A stretch of DNA of 8,066 bases from Oopsacas minuta. Lineage: Eukaryota; Animalia; Porifera. The position numbers and the translations under genes were made by a program. The notes under the pieces were generated by a model. The model was not told the DNA's origin. It was given only the letters and a program-made list of their open reading frames with translations, and did not search any database. Location: the NCBI GenBank assembly GCA_024704765.1, contig JAKMXF010000067.1, positions 31,663-39,728 of the forward strand, read 5' to 3'. Below are positions 1 through 6,877 of the stretch, in pieces; the first letter of the stretch is position 1; every line of letters starts with the position of its first letter.

Positions 1-213
1 GGTTGCCCAAACACCACTGGAGTCAATGGCACTTTCGCTGACATAATTGGCAACCGTTTGAGAAAGATACTTTCTTAGTGTCTCACTCAAACTACCACTC
101 ATGTGATGGACGACTTTATTACGAATTATAATATGGCTATCTTCTGAACCTGCTAGGATGTAGCTTATTGATCAGAAATAGCAATTACCATCACCTTTAG
201 TTCTATATATCCT
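1..213 (-). pseudogene. OTU-like cysteine protease (deubiquitinase-fold) domain, N-terminal part; truncated by the window edge
   Basis: Translation of 213->1: RIYRTKGDGNCYF*SISYILAGSEDSHIIIRNKVVHHMSGSLSETLRKYLSQTVANYVSESAIDSSGVWAT. GDGNC (195-181) matches the OTU catalytic loop GDGNCxFR[AS], and the terminal GVWAT matches the W-[GA]-T helix motif. The stop at 174-172 is TGA at the conserved Arg, consistent with CGA>TGA. Confidence 0.8.
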
Positions 214-265
214 GCGGGTTTAGATAGGTAGCCAGGTTTTCCAAAGTATTGGGTCTTGCATATGT

Positions 266-1323
266 TCAAGTTGAGAACTTTGGCAACATTTTTTCTAGAT
301 TCAGCGGAAATTGGAGAAAACAGTCTGTTTGGGTTGAATTGTTTAACTCCTTGTTTACTCCAATTAAAACTAGCTCATCCCTACACTCTAGTTTCTTAAT
401 CTTAGAATATGAAATTGAAATAGTTTTCTTTATCTTTGATTTACCATCTTCTTCAGCTTTGTTATTAGAATCATAAACCTTAAAATTTGCAATATTATAG
501 ATATCTTTTAGTTTCTTGCCTGTGTTAATATTCTCTAGGATTACACGTCCTTTATCTAGCAACTCAATGATTTTGTAAAGACCTATCCAGCGTGGTTCCA
601 TTTTCGATCCCATTCGATGTATTTGCTTACTGTTTTTTATGTACACACTTGCGCCAGGTGATAACACTTTACTATTTGAATGACGGTTATTAAAGTTGCG
701 TTTTTGGTGTTTCTGTGCGTTTGTGATATTAAGATCAATTTTGGTGTTGATAGCTTCACGCATCATGCCAAACGCCTGTAAAACTTTTTGGTTCACCTGC
801 TCAATTGATTTTGGAGGTTTAATAGACAAATCAATTGGTAGCTTCGCACTACGACAATACATCGCTTGAAATGGAGTACATTTCGTAGAAGCATTAATGC
901 TTGTGTGATAAGCAAATAGTATTCCTAGGATATACATATCCCAATCATCACCTCTTTATTTACTAATTTCACCAATGCAGATTTCAGAGTACGGTTATCT
1001 CTCTCCCGTTGTCCATTTGTTTCAGGATGATAAGCAGAAGAAATTCGATGCTCAGTCTGGAGAATGTCAAGAAGATAATCAATAACTACGTTCACAAACT
1101 CTCTTCAATGATCACTTATCAGTGTGTCCATACATCCCAATCTGCAAACTACTATGTATAGAAAATCAGCTACAGATTTAGAAGTTTTGTCAGGAATGGC
1201 AATAGCTTCTGACCACCTGGAAAAGTGGTCTGAAATAGCTACAATATATTTGTTGCCACTTGTAGACTCCTGTAAGGGCCCGATGAGATCAATTCCTACA
1301 AGACTCCATACTTGAGATGGTAC
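266..1323 (-). pseudogene. Retroviral-type integrase catalytic core (rve-like DDE) plus GPY/F-like C-terminal region, disrupted
   Basis: ORFs 1105..1404 and 266..937 join through an in-frame TGA (1105-1107) and an open stretch REFVNVVIDYLLDILQTEHRISSAYHPETNGQRERDNRTLKSALVKLVNKE, then a 1-bp shift at 951. All three acidic positions are recognisable (GIDLIGP, ISD, NGQRER). Confidence 0.9.
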
Positions 1324-1406
1324 CAGTAGCGCAACGACGTGGGGCAATGGCCCAGCGGCACTTTCTGGGGGGGGGGCGGCATTTTGACATATTGGTCCAC
1401 ACAAAT
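1324..1406 (+). mobile_element. Possible terminus of a hAT-like non-autonomous element interrupting the integrase
   Basis: An abrupt GC-rich segment in AT-rich DNA starts CAGTAGCGCAACG (hAT-like CAGTGGCG-type end) and includes a long G run followed by GCGGC. It begins exactly where integrase similarity ends (VPSQVW boundary at 1323). No partner TIR or TSD is visible. Confidence 0.4.
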
Positions 1407-1407
1407 N
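1407..1407. other. Ambiguous base N, possible assembly join
   Basis: Single n in acaaatntga, with unrelated sequence types on either side. Confidence 0.7.
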
Positions 1408-1456
1408 TGAACTAATGTATATTGAAATCAGTATTGATATACAACATTTCTTCCAG

Positions 1457-1744
1457 GTAGTAACTTTGCTGAAATGACGTCATCAGGAGTATACAACTTA
1501 CTCTCTGGTTATGAAATGTTCTATACTGATACTACATTAATTTGTGCTACAAGTGATACAACTGTACCTCAATGGAGTTATGTAGGAATTCCAAGTGGTA
1601 ACAATGCATCATTAGGCATATGGAATTCTGATACAGGGATAAATACATTGAATATATAAACAACAGCACAAGGATATTATACATGTTTTGTAGGTGCGAC
1701 CTACTCCATCACTGCATCTGTATTTGGTCCTAGTATTACAACAG
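1457..1744 (+). pseudogene. Exon A: Ig-like domain (phase 1-1, 288 nt) with a premature TAA
   Basis: ttccag|GT...ACAG|gtaaga. Peptide SNFAEMTSSGVYNLLSGYEMFYTDTTLICATSDTTVPQWSY...GINTLNI*TTAQGYYTCFVGATYSITASVFGPSITT has the B-strand C, C-strand W and F-strand GYYTC. Confidence 0.85.
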
Positions 1745-1789
1745 GTAAGATAGAAATAGAAATGTATATTACTAAAATCAGAATTTGAT

Positions 1790-2050
1790 CAGAGATGGAA
1801 CTGACTAGCATTTTTATGACCCGACATTACCGGTCTGGTTTGAAATTTGACCCGACCCGACTGGCATATCGACCGATTGTCCGATCAATTTTATGCAACA
1901 CTAAATAACAATGAATGAGCTAAATCTTATAAATCATACGATTTTATATTATAAATTACTTCAATAACGAAAATAGACCTCATGACAAGTGTTATTTAAG
2001 ATATTTCGAGTTTCAAATTTGGTCAACCGGCTGGTGAACCCTGATCGGTT
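1790..2050 (+). mobile_element. Intronic hAT-like MITE/terminus remnant
   Basis: Starts CAGAGATGG (hAT-type end) and has clustered GACCCGA/ACCGG/ACCGA subterminal-type motifs (1818-1824, 1829-1833, 1849-1861, 2026-2030). These are CpG-rich relative to the flanks. No matching right TIR was found. Confidence 0.45.
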
Positions 2051-2086
2051 CAATTTGTGTATTTGAACATGTTAATGTGTATTTAG

Positions 2087-2305
2087 TTGCAGCACAAAGC
2101 AGACAATACTCCTACACTAAAGGAGCAGATTCTCCAGATATACAACTGTTATGTACATATAGTATTAATAGAACATTTCCTTTCATGAAATGGAGTTCTT
2201 TTGAGAATCCTGTAGTTCTCAATAATGTACCATACCAAGAGTCTGATACATTTGATTGTACATTTGTATCTGCTATTATACTAAGTGTAGATCTATTAGT
2301 ACAAG
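2087..2305 (+). pseudogene. Exon B: short Ig-like domain (phase 1-1, 219 nt, open frame)
   Basis: atttag|TT...CAAG|gtgagt. Peptide AAQSRQYSYTKGADSPDIQLLCTYSINRTFPFMKWSSFENPVVLNNVPYQESDTFDCTFVSAIILSVDLLVQ shows C...W...D-x-F-x-C spacing. Confidence 0.8.
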
Positions 2306-2372
2306 GTGAGTACCTGTATTTTACTTTCAATAAACTTTAAATGTATTATTCCAAAATTGGTTCTTTCAATAG

Positions 2373-2653
2373 GTCCACCTGAAATAACACTATCCTCTAC
2401 TCCAGATACAACATATTCTCTGTTACCTACAGCAACAGATAGCAATAGGGAAAATATGCCAGTGTTATCTGTGAATGTTATGCTACAAACTAACCTCATA
2501 GGAAAATGGCTCAAACTTGATGGATCGTATATTGATGGAAACGTTATAGAATTCATAGTATTCACCGTAGATCTTGTTGGTATTTATCAGTTTAGTGTAA
2601 TATATTGGGAAATCAGGAAGAAACAGCAATACAGATCAATATTTCTGCAGTCG
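2373..2653 (+). pseudogene. Exon C: cysteine-less Ig-like module with a 1-bp frameshift near 2610
   Basis: tcaatag|GT...GTCG|gtaaga. The length is 281 nt, one short of a symmetric phase 1-1 exon. Peptide PPEITLSS...LIGKWLKLDGS...VDLVGIYQF, then after the shift NQEETAIQINISAV. Confidence 0.7.
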
Positions 2654-2818
2654 GTAAGATATATTTAGTAACAATATAACTCGGTGAACAAAAGTTTGTA
2701 CGTACTAACCGATGTATGTCTTATCCGAATATTTTCCTATACAATAATATAATACATGATAATCCGTTTGGGAAAAAGTACGCACTAATCGAATTCTACT
2801 GTATTCCTTATATTATAG

Positions 2819-3141
2819 GCACCAGCATTGGAATGGAGCAAATTCCAGTATTACAACAATATCTTCTAACACTATACTCTATCAAGACACTATCACACTT
2901 ATTGCAGCTACCGATAAGATAACCTTACAGCAAAATGATGTTGTATGGTCTTATCAGAGATCATTTAATGATACTAAGTCAAATATTACTGAAACAAATA
3001 ATGAACCAATGAGAAGTATCAGTAAACTGAATCTAGATACAAAACCTAATGGCTAGCTGATAAAAATTCGGTACAAATATTTGAATATTTTGTGTGTTGT
3101 TAATGTGCTGATGCACAATTCTCTCAGAATATTGATATACG
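2819..3141 (+). pseudogene. Exon D: more degenerate Ig-like module not shown in the ORF track; 3' boundary uncertain
   Basis: Acceptor tattatag|GC at 2818/2819. After a 1-bp shift at about 2833 an open frame (2835-3053) reads GANSSITTISSNTILYQDTITLIAATDKITLQQNDVVWSYQRSFNDTKSNITETNNEPMRSISKLNLDTKPNG*, which parallels exon A (YTDTTLICATSD...QWSY...INTLNI). The possible donor acg|gaagta at about 3141 is non-canonical. Confidence 0.55.
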
Positions 3142-3531
3142 GAAGTATTTTAGAACCGATTGGATGCGAGGATCGAATCCACGTTACGAGAAGTTGGACT
3201 GTAGGATGGAATTGATACATAATGATTTGTAGTGGGAGACTATACATAAACTTGAGTGGCTTGATAATTACATGATAATTTCTCAAGAGCGTGTAGTACT
3301 GCAAATTCGCACCACCTGCACACCAGCATGAACCACAACCTCTACGTTCGAGTTGTTATTTTTATAACATTATAATTTGTCGTTAATAAATGATCAAAAA
3401 TTCATATTATCACAATTAATTCAGAACTCATCCATTTTGATGCAGTATCGCTGACATCATACTGTCTATGTGTTTATTGCAAGAAAGTTCTGTATCATTT
3501 GATCAATCTGATAATATTTCATAATTTCTAG

Positions 3532-5093
3532 ATATTCCACTAATAACAGTCAGCTATGAAGGATTCAATATGACATTTAGTGTGCAACTAATACAATGTT
3601 TCCATCTCCACAAAATATTAGTATCTTAGAGGGAACAAAAGATGTATCTTTTACACGTAACCTACCAGAATACCTATTACTTATTCCAAATGGAACATAT
3701 TTTATCAAACTGTCTGCTTACATCATTCCAGAAATTTCTGTATCAGATACTGGAGAATATTCACTACTACATGTAACTAATTCTGATCAAGAATGCACAA
3801 CAACTCGAATCTATATACAAGTGTTGCTGGCTCCTATAGAACCGGTTCCAGATAATCACATAATTCAGATAATAATTATTGGAGCGATAATTATACTCAT
3901 CACAATATTTGGTATTGTATACATCACAAAGCGAAAGAAGATTTACTTTAAACTTACAAGACCTACAAATGCTACCAAATCAGATGTCACAGATGCTGAA
4001 CATAAACCTGGTAATGTCAATTTATCAGAGATAACACAAGCAACAAAAGAATACATTGATATCTCATTCAATACTAATCCTGAATATATGACTATTAATG
4101 AGACATCAATGATTCCTCTAGACTCAGAACCAGAAACAACAGATTATGCGAACTTATCCAACAAACAAACATATAATCCCACACCCAAATATCATACCAT
4201 AATTCACAATAAGAGTACATAGAACTTGATGCTGATGAACCTTATGAGAAATATATGCCAATGAGAGCAATCACAGATTAGAAGAAATTCACCTCTGAGT
4301 TCATCTCCATGAATCAATTTGCTGCAACATACAAACAATATATAGAATCAGGGATTGGGAAGAATTCATTGCTTTTTGTGGAATTTGAAAACCTAAATGA
4401 ACAATCTAAGAAAATTGAGGAGTTAGAATTTGAGGAGGCTTTGAAAATGGAAAATACTAAAAACATTATTCCATTTGATTCCAACAGAGTAGTGTTGAAC
4501 TCAATTCACTTTGACTGTAACTACATCAATGCTAGTTGGTTAGAAAGTCACCAATTCATTGCTACCATCAATCCAACTAAAGAGACACATCTAGATTTCC
4601 TACAAATGAAATATCAAACAGAAGCTAGTATGGTGATAATGCTGACTACGAGAAAGGAGAAAGCTAAGATACTCAATGGAATATCTAATCGTGTCTGTAC
4701 TGGCCTAAGAAGGATGAACCTATCAATTGTGAACCATTTGTTTCCACTTTAATCAATTCTACTGAAACGAATGCATTTGTGAAACAGGAAATCTCTTTGA
4801 AGAACACTTTAGCAGGAAAGGAACACTCATTCACTCAGTGTATTTCTCCAATATGGAATGAAGATGGTACTGTACTTGATTCAAACACAAATATTGTTAG
4901 CCGAATTGTGAAACAAAAACGAGATTTCCCTAACAAACCGTTTATAATCCACTGTGAAGACGGTATAACTAAGACTGGTATTCTAATGACAGTGGTTAAC
5001 ACTGTGGAAGAACTTAACTTTAGAAATTCCATTAATATATTTAATGTTGTGAAGAATTTACTTAGACAAAGAATGAAGATAGTTCCTACTTTG
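3532..5093 (+). pseudogene. Large exon: membrane-proximal Ig-like domain, TM helix, cytoplasmic Tyr-rich region and most of the PTP domain
   Basis: Acceptor tttctag|AT at 3531/3532 and donor TTG|gtaagt at 5093/5094. It links ORFs 3596..4222, 4309..4752 and 4779..5192 through 1-bp shifts. Ig features are FS[C]ATN and SDTGEYS. Confidence 0.8.
3860..3940 (+). other. Transmembrane helix plus basic stop-transfer
   Basis: IIQIIIIGAIIILITIFGIVYIT followed directly by KRKK. Confidence 0.9.
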
Positions 5094-5249
5094 GTAAGTA
5101 TTATTTATCAAATTTTTGTTATAATACATTATAGATATTCTTTTTCTTTATGCAAGTTTGCTCGTAGTTTACAAAAAAATGTATCTCTCTAGGCTTGCTA
5201 CACTACATGCTACTCTCTCATGAACGAATACTGTTCTATCCACCTATAA
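4447..5249 (+). pseudogene. Classical protein tyrosine phosphatase domain, D2/pseudophosphatase-like
   Basis: NIIPFDSNRVVL, YINASWL, FIAT.NP, IML, YWP (after a frameshift), IIHCEDGITKTG (HC at 4950-4955), NIFNVVKNLLRQRMKIVPT, and a last exon ACYTTCYSLMNEY, all in canonical PTP motif order. Confidence 0.9.
5193..5249 (+). pseudogene. Terminal exon (phase 0) completing the PTP Q-loop helix
   Basis: ctctctag|GCT TGC TAC...CTA TAA encodes ACYTTCYSLMNEYCSIHL*, matching the QYxFCYxxLxEY consensus position. Confidence 0.75.
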
Positions 5250-5479
5250 TGTTTGTATATCGTGTTTGATATTATTTTTGTATCTTTGTATTATTATACT
5301 TGTAAATGTATAATTATTCAGCATTTTGCAATACTACTACTACTAACTTGTGACTAGTTTACTTCTTTTCAGACTGATTTTTATGAGCTTTTGGGAGTGA
5401 AATAGCTTTACTCAGCTTTTTAATATTTGATGCTAGGTTTTCTTGCATAAATCCTACCAATTCATAGATTTGGTCCTCT

Positions 5480-5700
5480 CCAGCCCACTGATCTAAGGGG
5501 CTACTTCCTTATACTGATGTGTTTGGTTTCGTGTATGGATAGCAAGTCGAAGTTTCCTACGTGTTGTTTTTGGTCTAATGTTGATAGAGAACTTTTCCTC
5601 TAGAAATTGTGACCAGTTTTCATTCTTTCGTTTAACGATTTTACTAGGGCTTTGATCAATGGTCTTATGAGACGACTCAACTAATTCATGAGTTTACGGA
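5480..5700 (-). mobile_element. Second, heavily degraded Gypsy/Ginger-type integrase fragment
   Basis: The reverse strand, allowing indels, reads LVE-RL-KTI...ALVKIVKRKNENWSQFLEEKFSINIRPKTT. This resembles the integrase NGLVERxNxTI...LxK...NW..FL...FSIN motif series. It is not near-identical to the copy at 266-1323. Confidence 0.5.
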
Positions 5701-5939
5701 TGATAGAGAGTTATAGAGAGTTGCAAATACTAGCTTAGAATCATAAGTTTCATGAAATAATTTGCATATTTTTTTATAACTGGAGCTTATTGGCTACAAT
5801 AAATTGACGATTTACTACATTCGAGATCTCTTCAGTGGATAAGTTTCTATCCACCTGGTAAAATGATATATCATCTTAAGATATATTTGTGAGACATTAG
5901 CTTAAGCACACACAAGAAAGGCGGGACAGTGGTAAGTAT

Positions 5940-6045
5940 CAAGGTTGCAACTGAATAGTTCAATATTTGGTTACCAAGCGAATGTCAGTATTGAGTATTC
6001 GGTTGATGTAACCGAATAATATCAGTATTCGGTTCGATCGGTTTC
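5940..6045 (+). repeat. Cluster of TATTCGGTT/AACCGAATA direct and inverted motifs; probable hAT-type subterminal remnant
   Basis: TATTCGGTT at 5996-6004 and 6026-6034, the inverted copy AACCGAATA at 6010-6018, and a degenerate TATTTGGTT at 5964-5972, preceded by CAAGGTTGCAA. Confidence 0.5.
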
Positions 6046-6123
6046 CACCTTGGTAGGTATGAGGTTATTAATAGTTTATGCATAGTTTCAAAATAGAAAA
6101 TGTCCATGGTTAATTACTTCTTA

Positions 6124-6146
6124 GGGGGACCATTTTCGTCACAACA
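6124..6146 (-). mobile_element. Possible Ginger-like TGT-starting terminus
   Basis: The minus strand reads TGTTGTGACGAAAATGGTCCCCC. The orientation fits the 5' end of the degraded integrase at 5480-5700. No partner end is present. Confidence 0.25.
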
Positions 6147-6357
6147 AGGGGGATAGAAATCCATAATTGCAACAATTATGGGAAACAATACATGGAAATT
6201 CTAGTATAATATAGAACTATAATGTGGCTTATACATATTGTGTGTATAGAGTATAATATATCTATTACAAGTATCCGTATCATATAATGTGTGTCTAAAT
6301 ATATCTCAAATATTATTAGATACTGTTCTTATGAGAATAGATTTCAATTACACATAA

Positions 6358-6413
6358 TACAGTAAACTCTCGTTATAACGAAGTGCTGCGGACAGCGGAT
6401 TCATTTCGTTGAA
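6358..6413 (+). mobile_element. pogo/Tigger-type TIR remnant with TA target site
   Basis: TA|CAGTAAACTCTCGTTATAACGAA, which has the typical Tigger/pogo end and internal TTCGTTATAACGAA-like palindrome. A second TTCGTT occurs at about 6406-6411. The element is truncated. Confidence 0.6.
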
Positions 6414-6431
6414 AGAATCCAAGCTATAGGA

Positions 6432-6456
6432 CGGCGGTTCACAACCTGGGTTCACG
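6432..6456 (+). mobile_element. Degenerate hAT/Charlie-type TIR remnant
   Basis: CGGCGGTTCACAACCTGGGTTCACG resembles the CAG(C/G)GGTTCTCAACCTG(G) hAT end. Confidence 0.4.
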
Positions 6457-6656
6457 CATTGTTGTACGGATATTCTGTATCAGAAAAAATTTACAGAACA
6501 TATATAATTCTTAAAAATAAGTCAGGCGTACTGAGAATATTCCAGTATCCACACACATACACACTACATTTAGTAGTTATTTGATGACTGAAAGAGCACA
6601 AAACATTGGTGAACACCCTTTCTCTCAAAAGTACGTTGAACTTTTGCAACCCAATT

Positions 6657-6756
6657 TCAACCACAACCACCACCATAACCTTCTCTTCCACCACCTCCGC
6701 AGCCGCCACCTCCTCCAAATCCTCCACCAACCAAATGATAGCTATTTCTTCCCCAT

Positions 6757-6757
<1 letters not shown>
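6657..6757 (-). other. Gly-rich low-complexity, probably coding, segment ending in TGA (6659-6657)
   Basis: The minus frame reads RWGRNSYHLVGGGFGGGGGCGGGGREGYGGGCG* with GGN third positions varying (GGT/GGA/GGC). The complementary Pro-rich plus frame contains an internal TAA. Confidence 0.4.
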
Positions 6758-6847
<90 letters not shown>

Positions 6848-6877
6848 AACTACTACTACTACTACTACTACTACTAC
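6758..6877. repeat. (TAC/GTA)40 trinucleotide microsatellite with one AAC variant
   Basis: 120 bp of TAC units with an AAC at 6848-6850, ending two bases before N6880. Confidence 0.98.

Larger units (their letters stand above)
1..1323 (-). mobile_element. Degenerate Gypsy/GIN-type DDE integrase element with C-terminal OTU domain (Ginger1-like DNA transposon most likely; Gypsy LTR element not excluded); runs off the left window edge
   Basis: Manual minus-strand reconstruction gives VPSQVWSLVGIDLIGPLQESTSGNKYIVAISDHFSRWSEA...ISDH*REF...SAYHPETNGQRERDNRTLK...[GD]DWDMYILGILFAYHTS...TPFQAMY...EPRWIGLYKI (GPY/F-like), then a linker, then RIYRTKGDGNCYF*SISYIL. It needs 1-bp frameshifts near 951, 317-320 and 214-218, and has stops at 1105-1107 and 172-174. 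No RT, RNase H or LTR is visible in the window. Confidence 0.85.
1457..5249 (+). pseudogene. Ig-domain receptor with transmembrane helix, Tyr-motif tail and a single degenerate protein tyrosine phosphatase domain (receptor-type PTP-like); 5' end missing; disrupted as assembled
   Basis: Exons predicted by AG/GT sites and frame: 1457-1744, 2087-2305, 2373-2653, 2819-~3141, 3532-5093, 5193-5249 (stop TAA 5247-5249). Lesions are stops at 1657-1659, 3054-3056 and 4279-4281, and 1-bp frameshifts near 2610, 2833, 3581, 4211 and 4697. No signal peptide exon is seen. Confidence 0.85.

Noticed and set aside
249-476. ORFs 249..476 (+) and 1124..1315 (+)
   Set aside because: They are antisense shadows of the integrase with no recognisable motifs.
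1-1323. Complete LTR retrotransposon
   Set aside because: No gag, protease, RT, RNase H, LTR or PBS is visible. Only the integrase and OTU are supported.
1383-1404. CGPICQ as the integrase H2C2 zinc finger
   Set aside because: The spacing is Cx3C and it lies in a compositionally foreign GC-rich segment beside an N.
2112-2565. Minus ORFs 2112..2330 and 2296..2565
   Set aside because: They are antisense to Ig exons B and C.
2722-2734. 13-bp match TATCCGAATATTT with 7278-7290
   Set aside because: A match of this length is roughly expected by chance in 8 kb of AT-rich DNA, and the flanks do not align.
2716-3304. ORFs 2716..2922 (+) and 3053..3304 (-) as independent genes
   Set aside because: They have no motifs. 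The first overlaps exon D mostly out of frame, and the second is low-information AT-rich sequence.
4835-5032. Minus ORF 4835..5032, and the tail of ORF 4779..5192 after PTL
   Set aside because: The first is antisense to the PTP domain. The second is read-through into the intron 5094-5192.
5332-5344. Short (TAC)4 run echoing the large microsatellite
   Set aside because: It is too short to be informative.
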